Below are positions 9,028 through 19,148 of a stretch of DNA of 64,000 nucleotides, piece by piece. This DNA is from Verrucomicrobiota bacterium (GTDB lineage Bacteria > Verrucomicrobiota > Verrucomicrobiia > Limisphaerales > JAXMHQ01), in the NCBI GenBank assembly GCA_046346665.1, contig JAXMHQ010000027.1, positions 2,299-66,298 on the forward strand, in the 5' to 3' direction. Position 1 is the first letter of the stretch, and each line of letters opens with the position of its first letter. A program made the translations under genes and the position numbers. Below the pieces are notes generated by a model, which was given only the letters and a program-made list of their open reading frames with translations, searched no databases and had not been told where the DNA came from.

Positions 9028-9817
9028 GGACTGTTCGAATGGTCCAAAAGTCCGCCGCCAAATCCGGATCCGTCAAGTACGCGTAAGGCAATGTAAAGTA
9101 TCCCTTCATTCCCCATCCATCGCCCCAGGAATTCCTGACCAGGAACCATTGCCGCGCGTCGTTGTAGCCCACCGCCAGCACCGCGTGCCCGCCCAGGGCC
9201 GATTCCCCCGGCTTCGGCAGCGACGCATGCCCCGTCCGGGCCACCTGCCTGGATTCAAAACCCTCGTACACCGCAAATCCGAACACGAACGGATACCCCT
9301 CCGCCAGGCAGCCCCGCAACTGGTTCAACGTCGGCACCAGACGTTGATACAAAATCACCCGGTGCTTCATCGCATGCCGGTAACACGCCGCCGAGGGTTT
9401 CAACCGGAATCGCTCAATCACATACGGCCATTCCGGTTCCGGGCAAACCCCCTGCCGGCTCACCGATTTGATCCCATCCCGCAACTGCGCGCCGCCGTCC
9501 GATTCCACCGTGCCCTCGATCACGCGCTCGTTGTAGTAAATGAACAATCGCGACGGCACGAACACCTCCCCGAGCTTCTGCTTCATCTGCTCGAATTCCA
9601 CCGCCGCCCCGATGGCATTGGCCGTGCAGCTCCCCAGCCGGCCCTGGTCGTAAACGGGCGGACATTCCCGCCGCAAATCCAGTCTGGGCGGAAGCGCCGC
9701 CAGCGCGGCCACGGGAGCGCCGTAAACCTGGTCCCGGTGATCCGGCACATCCGGGATCCAGCCGTATCGCGAACGCGAATTCTGTCGTGCCATAAACGTC
9801 TGAGACTCCTTTCCCAC
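9011..9817 (-). CDS. Papain-family (C1A) cysteine peptidase
   Basis: Catalytic Cys motif QGRLGSCTANA, His region GGHAVLAVGY, and NSWG..WG motif. The start could be GTG at 9817 or ATG at 9793. Confidence 0.85.
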   Translation of the reverse strand: MGKESQTFMARQNSRSRYGWIPDVPDHRDQVYGAPVAALAALPPRLDLRRECPPVYDQGRLGSCTANAIGAAVEFEQMKQKLGEVFVPSRLFIYYNERVIEGTVESDGGAQLRDGIKSVSRQGVCPEPEWPYVIERFRLKPSAACYRHAMKHRVILYQRLVPTLNQLRGCLAEGYPFVFGFAVYEGFESRQVARTGHASLPKPGESALGGHAVLAVGYNDARQWFLVRNSWGDGWGMKGYFTLPYAYLTDPDLAADFWTIRTVQSLGV

Positions 9818-9911
9818 TGCGGAATGAACGGCGTGAACAACCGAACCCCGAACCGGGCGGTTCGCCGGGAATAATTCCTAACAGGAGTATAATCTTCGTC
9901 AAGCCGAAGGA

Positions 9912-9949
9912 TTTTGAAAAATGGGGAGGGACGCCCTCCCCGGCGTCCC
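9912..9949 (-). terminator. Candidate intrinsic terminator after the membrane-protein gene
   Basis: Stem GGGACGCC (9928-9935) pairs with GGCGTCCC (9942-9949). On the minus strand the hairpin is followed by tccccaTTTTTc. Confidence 0.45.
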
Positions 9950-9953
9950 AGAC

Positions 9954-10490
9954 TCACTTCCGCACCGGCATCAGCCCGTAATGCAGCACCAGCCAGATTG
10001 GAAACGCGAACCCCGCCACCACCAGCAGCCGCTCCCACGTCCAGGCCAGGTGCCCGGTTTGCATCGGGAAGATCATGATCATGAAATAATTCGCAAACCG
10101 CGTGTAACCCAGGAACCGCCCGTATTTCGGGAAATGCTTCCGCAACCCGCTCCACAACGCCACAACCCCCATCGCCATCACGCCGAACGTCACCAGCATC
10201 TTCACCGGCACCATCGCGTCCAACTCCAGGTGCGGACCCTGCGGGCCGCGCGCCCGAAAATACGGATACAACCATTGAACACCCGCCCACAGGAAGCTGA
10301 ACCCGGTCTGGATGGCGGTCCGGAAATTCGCCTTGGCCGATGTCAATTCGCCGAGCAGCAGCGCAAAATAAAGCGGCACGATTCCCCAGATCAGTTCCGT
10401 GAACTGGAACGGGGTTTCGATCAATTGAACGAAGGTGGCCCAGTAGTGATGCACCGCGAAGACGCTAGAATTGACACCGTCAATAGGCAA
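9954..10490 (-). CDS. Integral membrane protein of unknown function (about 5 TM segments)
   Basis: 178-aa hydrophobic ORF with a non-ATG (TTG) start. I did not recognise a family. Confidence 0.5.
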   Translation of the reverse strand: MPIDGVNSSVFAVHHYWATFVQLIETPFQFTELIWGIVPLYFALLLGELTSAKANFRTAIQTGFSFLWAGVQWLYPYFRARGPQGPHLELDAMVPVKMLVTFGVMAMGVVALWSGLRKHFPKYGRFLGYTRFANYFMIMIFPMQTGHLAWTWERLLVVAGFAFPIWLVLHYGLMPVRK

Positions 10491-10583
10491 GAGCGCGGTT
10501 CCCCTCGCCCGTAGCCGCCAACGTGAGTTGGCGGAAGCGACGCTGCCGCGATCTTACGATCGCTGCTACGACGGCTGTGCGCT

Positions 10584-11374
10584 TCAAAAATAATGCAGCA
10601 CCGAGTGCCGGCCCGCGCGACGGCTGCCCGCGATGGCGCGCGTCACAAATTCCTTGGCGTGCCTCACCGATTCCACCAGCCCGCAGCCGCGCGCGAGATA
10701 ACCCGCAATCGCCGCCGAGGTCGTGCACCCGGTCCCGTGCGTTCCCACGCCGCGAATGAACGGCGCCGTCAGCAGCCACTCGTCCCGTCCCATCCAGCAG
10801 CAAATCCGCCGCGCGCGGCAAATCCCGCAGGTGCCCGCCCTTCACCAGCACCGCGCAGCCGAACTGCGCCCGGATCCGGCGCGCCGCCGACCGCATGTCC
10901 TCCGCGGTCCGGATCGATTGTTCCGCCAGCACCTCCGCCTCCGGCACATTGGGAGTCACCAGTCGCGCCAGCGGCAGCAAATTGTTTTTCAAACTCGCCA
11001 CCGCGTCCGGCCGCAGCAGCCGCGATCCGCTCGTCGCCACCATCACCGGGTCCACCACCAGCGGCGCGACGTCGTTGCTTCAGGAATCCGGCCACCACCC
11101 GGATGATCGGCGCGGAAAACAACATCCCCGTCTTCACCGAGTCGGGCGGCAATTCCGCAAACACCGCCTCCATCTGCGCCTTCACCATCGCCGCCCCGCA
11201 CGCTTGCACCCCGGTCACGCGCCGCGGATTCTGCGCCGTCACACAGGTGATCGCCGTCGCGCCATGCACGCCCAGCGCGGCGAATACCTTCAAGTCCGCC
11301 TGGATCCCGGCCCCGCCGCCGCTGTCCGACCCGGCTACCGACAAGGCCACCGTGAGTGCTGGTTTCTTTCTCAT
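10584..11374 (-). pseudogene. thiD: Hydroxymethylpyrimidine/phosphomethylpyrimidine kinase ThiD, split over three frames
   Basis: The N-terminal part (LSVAGSDSGGGAGIQADLK) is in the frame of 11374. The middle part ([14 protein letters not shown]...VLVKGGHL) is in the frame of ORF 10480..11058. The C-terminal part ([17 protein letters not shown]) is in the frame of ORF 10584..10793. Frame changes lie near 11060-11075 and near 10795. Confidence 0.8.
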
Positions 11375-11408
11375 GCCAAAATTACTCGTATTTGTGCCGG
11401 GAGGGACG

Positions 11409-11480
11409 AGCTACTGCGAGTCCCACAACCAGGCATATTGAAGGGGGACTCGCAGTAGCTCGTCCCTCCCGCGCCATGGA
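11409..11480 (-). terminator. Perfect 26-bp-stem hairpin 3 nt after the GH172 gene stop (possible terminator or repeat-family member)
   Basis: GGGAGGGACGAGCTACTGCGAGTCCC (11409-11434) pairs with its exact reverse complement (11455-11480) across a 20-nt loop. There is no clear U-tract. Confidence 0.4.
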
Positions 11481-11483
11481 TCG

Positions 11484-13538
11484 TTACGGGGCTGCGCTTA
11501 ACTTCACGTAATCCAGTCCGAACATGTAGGCCTTCTGCGCCTGAGGATTCGCCCCGACAATTTCAACCGCCAGCACGTGATCGCCCGCGCTCAACGGGCG
11601 CGCGCCCAACGGCAGCTCGCCGGTCGACACCACCCATCCGTGGTAACCGTCAAATGGCGCGCCCAGCTTCTGGCCGTCCAGCCAGAGCTGCACAATCCCG
11701 TAATCCACCGCCTGCGTGAAGTGCCCCAGCAACTGGTATTGGCCCGCCTTCTCGACCGGGAACTCCAGCTCCAGCCGGTCGCCCGGCTTGCCGCCCGTCC
11801 ACCAAAGCTGGCCGTCCCCGCTCCACTCGTCGCCGAACCCCGCCATGTTCTGCTCCTGCGCCGCGCCGCCGGTCACCTTCAACACCTTCAATCGCTCCGC
11901 CTCCAGCGCGCCCGCCACGTGCCTGGGCTCCGGCAATACCCAGTTGCCCAGCCGCTCCTCCACCGGCGCCGCCTGGTAGGGATCGTTCCCGCCCGGCGCC
12001 AGGTACCAGTAAACCGTCGAGGCATACAAGGTCCCCCGCGCATTCGAAAAATATTTCTCGATGCAACCCTCGAATTGCTTCTGGAACGGCACCGCGTCCG
12101 GCACCTGGAACCGGTTCACCGACACGTGCCCGCGATTGTTCCCGTCGTTGTGAGTTTGATTGTGATAGGCGTTCCCGAACAAATCCGGGCAGCACCACGC
12201 GTAACCGAAATAATCCTCGGAGCCCGTCCCGAAGGTCGATGGGAACTTCTCCCCGTCCACAAAGAACTTCTCATCGCCCTCGCCCCACCAGCCGCCCCGC
12301 GCGTTCCAAATGTGCAGCGCCAGCCCCACGAACCGACCCGCGCCCGTCGTCTTCAGGAAAGGCCAGTCAATCTGCCGCTCCGGCTCCGTCGGCAACAGCT
12401 CGTCCCGGTGCCACTTCGCGTGAAACCGCGCATACCGCGCCGGGTCCTGCTTCAAATCCACCGAGCTGATTTCATACGACAACTTTCGCTCGCGCGGTCC
12501 GTCGTTGATGAATTTCACCTCCGCCCCCTTCGCGTACGGCATGTACCAGTTGGCGTAAAACCAGCCGTTCGATTCCATCCCGCAGGTCAGCGCCGAATAA
12601 ATGTTCACCCCCGGCGCCGTTCCAAAAAAATCTCCCAGCGGCGCCCAGACCGAACTGCCCCTGTCGCCGTCCCACCGCATTTGAATCGCCAGTTGCCTCA
12701 ACACGTCGCGGTCTTCCGGCGCCGGCGGCAATTCCACCTTCACCCGGATCAAGGCAATCGCGCCCGCGCCGTCCAGCCGCGCGCTTGTGGTTCCGCCATT
12801 CGCGCCCAGCACGCCTTCGCCGCGCGTGGTGCTGTGGGGCGCCTCGGATAAATCTCGCGGACCGCAGTGGCTCAACACGCGGTCCGCCTCGTCCAACGCC
12901 GCCTGGTCGTCCGGGCCCAGGTTGCGCGTGAAAGTCGGCACCTGCGTGCCCGCCGGGAACGTCGAGTATACGAAATGATAGTACGCACCCCAGTTTTCGT
13001 CGGCCACGATGCGGCACGATTTCGCATAGGGCACCGGCGTGTAATTGTTCCAGCCATGAGCCACCGTGTGCACCAGCGCCGGCCGCGTGAACGGCGCGTT
13101 TTGACCGTCGAAATATCCCGAGAACGGCAGGTCCACCGCCGGCTCCTTCGCCCCGTCCAGGTAAATCCGCACGTGCCCCGCCCCCGGCGTCGCCGACCAC
13201 ATCCGCCAAACGCATCCCGGGCCCTTCATCTCCGCGAGCACCAGCTTGCCGTCCTCCTTCCGAATCACCCCGTCTCCGTCGTTGTTCGCATCCCACCGCA
13301 CATACTTGCCCGTGCCCGCGTCATACCGACTCGCCCGGTCGTAACTCGAAAATTGCGCCGTCGTCTCGCCCGCCGCCGGCAGCAGCGACAGCGCTTCCAA
13401 ATCTGTCATCCGCCGCACCAGGTCGACATAGGTCATCACCCTCCCATCACCCGCCCCCGCCGCCGGCAGCGCCACCGCCACCCACAGCGCCACCCCAAAA
13501 CCGGCCAGACTCCCCGTGCATTTGATTTTCATAAGCAT
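11484..13538 (-). CDS. DUF2961 / GH172-family glycosidase with a C-terminal carbohydrate-binding-like domain, secreted
   Basis: 684-aa ORF with a signal peptide. The motifs SSYDR, GPGCVWRMW and GTGSEDYF are characteristic of DUF2961. Confidence 0.75.
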   Translation of the reverse strand: MLMKIKCTGSLAGFGVALWVAVALPAAGAGDGRVMTYVDLVRRMTDLEALSLLPAAGETTAQFSSYDRASRYDAGTGKYVRWDANNDGDGVIRKEDGKLVLAEMKGPGCVWRMWSATPGAGHVRIYLDGAKEPAVDLPFSGYFDGQNAPFTRPALVHTVAHGWNNYTPVPYAKSCRIVADENWGAYYHFVYSTFPAGTQVPTFTRNLGPDDQAALDEADRVLSHCGPRDLSEAPHSTTRGEGVLGANGGTTSARLDGAGAIALIRVKVELPPAPEDRDVLRQLAIQMRWDGDRGSSVWAPLGDFFGTAPGVNIYSALTCGMESNGWFYANWYMPYAKGAEVKFINDGPRERKLSYEISSVDLKQDPARYARFHAKWHRDELLPTEPERQIDWPFLKTTGAGRFVGLALHIWNARGGWWGEGDEKFFVDGEKFPSTFGTGSEDYFGYAWCCPDLFGNAYHNQTHNDGNNRGHVSVNRFQVPDAVPFQKQFEGCIEKYFSNARGTLYASTVYWYLAPGGNDPYQAAPVEERLGNWVLPEPRHVAGALEAERLKVLKVTGGAAQEQNMAGFGDEWSGDGQLWWTGGKPGDRLELEFPVEKAGQYQLLGHFTQAVDYGIVQLWLDGQKLGAPFDGYHGWVVSTGELPLGARPLSAGDHVLAVEIVGANPQAQKAYMFGLDYVKLSAAP

Positions 13539-13554
13539 CCTTCGCGTCCTGTAA

Positions 13555-13590
13555 CTCCTAAACTCTCAAACTCCCAAACTCCTAAACTTT
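13555..13590. repeat. Second CTCYYAAA octamer array (4 units)
   Basis: The array reads ctcctaaa ctctcaaa ctcccaaa ctcctaaa. The stop codon of the Zn-ribbon gene (13582-13584) lies inside it. Confidence 0.8.
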
Positions 13591-14016
13591 CCTCCGCCCC
13601 GTCCGGACCTCGTAAAGATACGCAATCAATCCGCTGTCCGATTTGTTCCCGTCCTCCCCGCCCTGCCGCTGGCTGCGCTCGAATTCAAGCTGCGCCAGTT
13701 CGCCGTCCTCCATCCAGCACCCGCCGCAGTCCGGGCACTCGTCCACGCTCGCCCGGCTGCCCGGCGCAAACGGCAGATGCTTCAAAATCGCCGCCACACA
13801 CCGCGGACAGTGTCGCGGCTTCGATAAATCCACCCGCAGCCGCCGGTCTTTCGGAATGTAGGCAAGCCCTTCCCCCGCCGACTCGGTCTCCTCCGCGATC
13901 CGGCCCGGCTCAAACGTGTCGAACCAAACGCCGCCGCAACCGCCGGCGCAGACATCCACCCGCAATTGACCCACATGGCGCTCCGTCAGTTCACGATGGC
14001 ACGCGGGACATTTCAT
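13582..14016 (-). CDS. Zinc-ribbon protein (two CxxC...CxxC units, TFIIB-type zf-like)
   Basis: The cysteine pairs are MKCPACH...CAGGCGG and HCPRC...CPDCGG. The ATG overlaps the stop of the upstream amidohydrolase gene (ATGA at 14013-14016). Confidence 0.65.
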   Translation of the reverse strand: MKCPACHRELTERHVGQLRVDVCAGGCGGVWFDTFEPGRIAEETESAGEGLAYIPKDRRLRVDLSKPRHCPRCVAAILKHLPFAPGSRASVDECPDCGGCWMEDGELAQLEFERSQRQGGEDGNKSDSGLIAYLYEVRTGRRKV

Positions 14017-15356
14017 GGCGCACCGGGCAACGGCCGGTTCCGATATTTTTCATACAACCGCGTGTGCCGGCTCTCCAGGCTCACTTCCTTTCCCTCAATC
14101 CACATCCGCATCACCCGCGTCCGCAAATCCAGCACGTCGCCATCCGCAACAAACAGCGTCCCGCTCTTGCCGCGCTCGATCGATCCCAGCCGGTCGGCCG
14201 CGCCCAAAATTTCCGCCGGGTAAAGCGTGATCCCCTTCAACGCCTCGTCCGGGTCGAGCCCGAATGCCACCGCCTGCGCCGCCGCGTACGGCAGGTTCCG
14301 CACATACCACGCGCTCGCACTGTTCGGCCCAACCCCAAACACCACCTTCACCCCGGCCCGGCGCAAGCGGCCCGGCGCGGAAAAATTCGCGTCGTACGAT
14401 TCCGTGTCGCGCGCCGGCCGCACGAAGATTTGTTCGTAGATCACGGGGATGTTGTTCGACGCCAGCAGCGCCGCCGCCGCGACCGCGTCGCGCCCTCCGG
14501 CCAAGACCACGCGCACGCCGTTGGTCGACCAGTTCGCCGCCGCCCGGATCTGGCGCAGCTCGTTGGCATGCACCACCACGGGCCGCTCGCCGCGCACGTA
14601 GGGCAGCATCGCTTCCCAGGCGGGAACGAGCTGCGGCGCCGGCGACAACTTCTTCACCGCCGCAGCCTTTGCCCGCTCATACGCCAGTGCTTCCTCGAAG
14701 AAATCCATCAGCCCGCGCTGCTTCACCGCCCGCTCCTTCGCCTGGTTCTCGGCCGATTTCCACTTCGCCGGGTCCGGCGACAGCGCTTTTGGCGTCAGGT
14801 CCAGATCCATCGACGGCCAGAACACATGCAGCGCCGCCGGCGCCCGCAGCAACATGCCCTCCCACGTCCAGCCCGCGGTCCACAGCAGGGCCGATTGACC
14901 CGCCACCACCCCGCCTCCCGGCACCGCCTCGAACACCGCGATCCCATTCGCGCGCGTCACCGGGATCAACTCGGAATCCGGGTTCACCGCAATCCACGAC
15001 TCAACCTCGGGATGATATTGCCCCACCTCGGTCGTGTCCTGCGTCGCCCGCACCGCGTCGATCTCCGTCAGCCCGATCCCCGTGTCGAGCGCCACCAGGC
15101 CCGGATACAAATGCGCGCCCTTCAAATCCTCCACCACGGCATTCGCCGGGACGGCCGGAGCCTCGGCCAGAACATCCTGGATCCGCCCATTCACCACCAG
15201 CACCGATCCGTGCGGCAACACCGGCCCGCTCACCGTGTGAACCACCGCGTTCGTCAACAGCAACGACTGGCCCGCCGCCGCGAATCCAGGCGTCAACGCT
15301 GCCATCACCAGCAGCAGCCGGGTCAACGATGAACTTTTGAAACGCATGAATTTCAT
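14013..15356 (-). CDS. Amidohydrolase-family protein, secreted, apparently lacking the HxH metal motif
   Basis: The start is set at MKFMRFKSSSLTRLLLVMAALTPGFA (15356), which overlaps the upstream stop (ATGA). It has an amidohydrolase-like fold signature, but the position expected for HxH reads GLVALDTGIG. Confidence 0.7.
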   Translation of the reverse strand: MKFMRFKSSSLTRLLLVMAALTPGFAAAGQSLLLTNAVVHTVSGPVLPHGSVLVVNGRIQDVLAEAPAVPANAVVEDLKGAHLYPGLVALDTGIGLTEIDAVRATQDTTEVGQYHPEVESWIAVNPDSELIPVTRANGIAVFEAVPGGGVVAGQSALLWTAGWTWEGMLLRAPAALHVFWPSMDLDLTPKALSPDPAKWKSAENQAKERAVKQRGLMDFFEEALAYERAKAAAVKKLSPAPQLVPAWEAMLPYVRGERPVVVHANELRQIRAAANWSTNGVRVVLAGGRDAVAAAALLASNNIPVIYEQIFVRPARDTESYDANFSAPGRLRRAGVKVVFGVGPNSASAWYVRNLPYAAAQAVAFGLDPDEALKGITLYPAEILGAADRLGSIERGKSGTLFVADGDVLDLRTRVMRMWIEGKEVSLESRHTRLYEKYRNRPLPGAP

Positions 15357-18220
15357 CGCTCGTCCAGGCAGTCTCGGTCGCGCCCGTCGTATTGATGCTC
15401 GAGTGACACGCGGAAGAAACCGCTCTTCGCCGGATCCGACCCGGGCTTCCCGCCTTCGTTCGCACCTGCCGCCAGTTTGCGGGCCTTGGTCAGCAGAGCC
15501 TCGCGCTCCCCGGCCAGCCGCGCCGCCCGCGCGGGCTCCAGCGATCGATCGAAATATTTCCGGCCGTCGATCCACGTCTGCAGGCAAACGGTGTCGAAAG
15601 CCAGGGGCGATTTCGACCACACCGCGAAATCCGCGTCCTTGCCGGGTTCGAGCGACCCGACGTAACGATCGATCCGCAACTGGCGCGCGGAGTTGATGGT
15701 GACAAAGTTCAGCGCCTCAATTTCCGGCGTCCGCCCGTACTTGACGGCCTTTGCCGCCTCGAGATACAGCCGGCGCGCCAGTTCGGAGGAATCGGAATTG
15801 AACGACACCACCACCCCCCGCTCGCGCATCAGGCTGCCGTTGTATGGAATGGCGTCGTAGACCTCGAACTTGTAAGCCCACCAGTCCGAGAAACTGGACG
15901 CGCCAATGCCGGCTGCGGCGAGTTCATCCGCAATCTTATAGCCCTCGAGAGCGTGCTGGAACGTGCCGATCTGCACGCCAAAGGATTGCATCAGCCGTGT
16001 GAGCATCAGCATTTCGTCCTGGCGATAGGCGTGGCAATGAATCCAGCGCTGGCCGGCGAGGATTTGCGCGAGGGTTTCCAGCTCCAGGTTGCGGCGCGGT
16101 GGCAGGGTTCCGGCGGGCGCGTTCGACCACGCCTGCCAGGCCTGCGCATATTCTCGGGCGGCCGTGAACCGGTTGGCGACGAAGGCCCGCACGCCCGTCC
16201 GCGATTGCGGAAACCGCGTCACGAACGCGTCGCCCCAGTTCGCTTCCTTCACATTTTCACCCAGCGCAAATTTGATCCCGGGCGGCGCGTTGGAAAACAC
16301 CAGTTCATCCGGCCCCGCGCCGTCGCGCAGCTTGATCACGCAATTCTGCCCGCCGATCGGGTTCGCCGATCCATGCAGCAGGTTCACCAGCGTCACGCCG
16401 CCGGCCAGTTGCTGGTGCAGATTTTCCGTCTCCGAATTCACCACATCCGCAATCCGCACCATCGCCGTCGAGGGCAGCGTCGGCTCGTTCACGTTCCCCA
16501 GAATCGCCGTGTGACTGTGGCAATCAATGATCCCCGGCGTGATGAACCAGCCCCGCCCGTCCACGTGCGCCGCGCCCGACGCGGCGCCCACAGCGCCCAC
16601 GGAAACAATCTTCCCATTCGCCACCAGCAGGTCCGCGTTGGTCAAAATCCCCTGCGGCCCGCACGTCCAGATCGTCGCCCCGGAAATCCACACCGCTCCC
16701 GGCGTCTCCACCGGCCCGCGCCCTTCCAGCGGCGCATGCGCCAGCCGGACCTTGCGGCTGTCCCGCGCGTCCGGAATCGCAGGCGCGTTCGTGGCCGATT
16801 TGGAATCCTTCGCCTCGAGGTCCGGTGGAACCGGGTAGACCCGGCCGTCAATCCACACCGCCCGGACGCGCGCCTCGGGATTGAAATAATTCGTCCCGTC
16901 CACCACCACCAGGTCCGCAATCTTCCCGGGCTCAATCGTCCCCAGCATGTCCTCCACCCCGCACAACCGCGCCGGCACCGTCGTCAGCGCCGCCAGCGCG
17001 TCGTCCTCCGACAACCCCCGGTCCATCCCCAGCCGCACGTTCTTCCGGAAATTTTTCCGATCCTCCAAACCATACGTCGTCAGAGCCACCGGCAAACCCG
17101 CGCGCCGCAGGACCGCCGGATTTTCCGGCGCCCAGTCCCACGCCCGCAACATGTCCAAACTCACCTGCGACCAGTCGTCCGTCGATGGCAACTTCGGCAG
17201 CTCGGGAAAATTCACGGGCACGACAAACGACGCGCCGGTCTCCCGAACCAGATCCGGCCGGCGCCATTCCTCGCCCGACGCCAGCAACGCATACCGCAGC
17301 CCCAGCTCCCCCGCCAGCTTCGCCGCCCTCGCATCCATCAACACGCTCCCCGCCTCGAAAAACACCGGCATCCGACCCTCCGCAGCCGGCAGCAATGCCT
17401 CCAGCGACGGATCGTATTCCGGCCGCGGCCGGTCCTGAGGGCGCCGCGCAAAATCCGCGCGGTCCACCACCGAATACCGCGCATCGAGAAACACCTGCCG
17501 CAACGCCGCCAACACACCCATCAATGAACTCGGATACTGGCTGCCATCCTCGTCGTGGGTCTCGAACGCCACATGCTGAAACACATCCGGCCGCAACAGC
17601 GCCTTGTTCGGATCTTCGTCCGACAACGACACCAGCGCGCTGCTGCCGCGCAGGATCCCGTGGCCCGGCACCACCAGCGCCGCCGTGAACCCCTGCTCCC
17701 TCAACGATCCCAGCACCTTCGCATCCGGCGTGTAGAAACTCAGCGCCCGCGTCTCCGGCTGGAACCGCACCAGGTCCGAACCCGACCCCGGCCGGCCCGG
17801 ATCCACCTGGTCCCCCGGCGCACCGAAAAACTGCACGCCGCCATATGTCAAAGTTTGATTCCGGACCGGCGACGCATCCGAGGTCATCACCGGCCGGTTG
17901 GTCGGCGTCAATGGAAAGGACGGTTCGATGAACCCCGCGTAAACCGTCGCTCCTTTCAAATCCCAAACCCGCGCATCCGCGGGAACCGCCACCTGCGCGC
18001 CCACCGATTCAATCCGCCCATCCCGGATCACCACAGTGCCCGACGGAATCACCTCGCCCGGCCGCGGACAAATCCGGGCCCCGACCAGGGCATGAACCCC
18101 GGGAGGCAGCGGACGATATCCGGGCGGCAGCAACTCGGCGGAATTCACCGGCCCGGGGCCGATGCCAATCAGTCCCAGGGTCGCCACTCGAATCCAACGG
18201 CTCAGCAACAGCCGCATCAC
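15353..18220 (-). CDS. Large two-module amidohydrolase-family protein, secreted
   Basis: 955 aa. The N-terminal module has no HxH (GFIEPSFPL). The second module has PGIIDCHSHTAI (HxH) and further amidohydrolase motifs. Confidence 0.75.
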   Translation of the reverse strand: MMRLLLSRWIRVATLGLIGIGPGPVNSAELLPPGYRPLPPGVHALVGARICPRPGEVIPSGTVVIRDGRIESVGAQVAVPADARVWDLKGATVYAGFIEPSFPLTPTNRPVMTSDASPVRNQTLTYGGVQFFGAPGDQVDPGRPGSGSDLVRFQPETRALSFYTPDAKVLGSLREQGFTAALVVPGHGILRGSSALVSLSDEDPNKALLRPDVFQHVAFETHDEDGSQYPSSLMGVLAALRQVFLDARYSVVDRADFARRPQDRPRPEYDPSLEALLPAAEGRMPVFFEAGSVLMDARAAKLAGELGLRYALLASGEEWRRPDLVRETGASFVVPVNFPELPKLPSTDDWSQVSLDMLRAWDWAPENPAVLRRAGLPVALTTYGLEDRKNFRKNVRLGMDRGLSEDDALAALTTVPARLCGVEDMLGTIEPGKIADLVVVDGTNYFNPEARVRAVWIDGRVYPVPPDLEAKDSKSATNAPAIPDARDSRKVRLAHAPLEGRGPVETPGAVWISGATIWTCGPQGILTNADLLVANGKIVSVGAVGAASGAAHVDGRGWFITPGIIDCHSHTAILGNVNEPTLPSTAMVRIADVVNSETENLHQQLAGGVTLVNLLHGSANPIGGQNCVIKLRDGAGPDELVFSNAPPGIKFALGENVKEANWGDAFVTRFPQSRTGVRAFVANRFTAAREYAQAWQAWSNAPAGTLPPRRNLELETLAQILAGQRWIHCHAYRQDEMLMLTRLMQSFGVQIGTFQHALEGYKIADELAAAGIGASSFSDWWAYKFEVYDAIPYNGSLMRERGVVVSFNSDSSELARRLYLEAAKAVKYGRTPEIEALNFVTINSARQLRIDRYVGSLEPGKDADFAVWSKSPLAFDTVCLQTWIDGRKYFDRSLEPARAARLAGEREALLTKARKLAAGANEGGKPGSDPAKSGFFRVSLEHQYDGRDRDCLDER

Positions 18221-18286
18221 GCGGGCAATGTGTCAGGAAACCCGCCCAAGGCAAGCCGGGCCTTGGCCAAAACCAATCGGAATGGT

Positions 18287-18650
18287 GGGGCGAGACTCCG
18301 TCGAGCCCTCGAAAAAGTGGATCGTTGGATTATTGGATTGCTGGATGAATGGACAGACCGTCGCGCGGAAGCCATCCACTATAGCGGTTCAACATAAACC
18401 GTAGCCGCAGGTAGGGACGCCGCGCTGCGGCGTCCGCGGTCGGCGCAGCGCGCCGACCCTGCCTTTTGCGGCTACGACCTTTCTTAAGCCGCTCTAATAC
18501 ATCAATCCATTGATCCAATAATCCTCACGGCCAGGTCAGGGCTCGACGGAGTCGAGCGAATTTTCGCGAATCAAGAAGCAATTGGCGAAGATTCGCGTCA
18601 ATTCCCGTCAAAGCCTTTCATCCGTGTTTATCCGTGTCCATCCGTGGTTA
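18287..18650. repeat. Composite nested palindromic element sharing modules with 919-1152 and 8109-8265
   Basis: GGGGCGAGACTCCGTCGAGCCC (18287-18308) faces GGGCTCGACGGAGTC (18539-18553). TTGGATTGCTGGATG is at 18333-18347. Inner GC hairpins are GGACGCCGCgctGCGGCGTCC and GGTCGGCGCagcGCGCCGACC. A half element, ATTCGCGTCA...ATCCGTGTCCATCCGTGGTTAA, ends at the stop of the lipoprotein gene. Confidence 0.8.
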
Positions 18651-19148
18651 AAATTTTTCAACCGCCGCCACGATCGCCTGCAGCGATTCGGGTTTCATCG
18701 GCCCGTCGCAACGCGCCGCCAGCTCCCCTTGCGGCGTGAACACAAAAATATTAACCGCGTCCGGCACACACCGGAATTTCGAAGTCACCGCCCCCTCCCA
18801 ATCAATCATCACCGGGTGCTTGTAAGTCTTTTTCAGGCTCGACAGGATCCGCCCCTTCACAAACCAGGGCGCGCCATGCGTGTCCGCAATTCCAGCCAGC
18901 CGGATCCGGCTGCCGAATCGCGCATCAAGGGTCTGCGCCCACTCGCCCACTTGCTTGGATCCTTCCCGGTCCGCGATGGTGAGCACCGTCACGTTGGTCG
19001 CGGGAAACGTGAGCGTCTGCTTCTGGCCGAACTGGTCTTCCAGCTCGATCCGGCTCGGCGCGTGCGCCGGTGTGTTGGTTTGGCCGCAAGCCGGCAGGAG
19101 TGGCAGTGCCACAAACGCAGCCGCGACCAGGCACGGCAAAAATTTCAT
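18648..19148 (-). CDS. Lipoprotein of unknown function; last gene of the carotenoid-type operon
   Basis: MKFLPCLVAAAFVALPLLPAC carries a lipobox. The ATG overlaps the GT2 stop (ATGA at 19145-19148). The longer ORF-track start at 19532 is rejected. Confidence 0.6.
   Translation of the reverse strand: MKFLPCLVAAAFVALPLLPACGQTNTPAHAPSRIELEDQFGQKQTLTFPATNVTVLTIADREGSKQVGEWAQTLDARFGSRIRLAGIADTHGAPWFVKGRILSSLKKTYKHPVMIDWEGAVTSKFRCVPDAVNIFVFTPQGELAARCDGPMKPESLQAIVAAVEKF

Noticed and set aside
11375-11483. TPP riboswitch expected upstream of thiD.
   Set aside because: No CUGAGA / ACCUGAUCUGGAUAAUGCCAGCG-like core is present. The space is occupied by a perfect 26-bp hairpin of the dispersed GGGACGAGCTACTGCGAGTCCC type.
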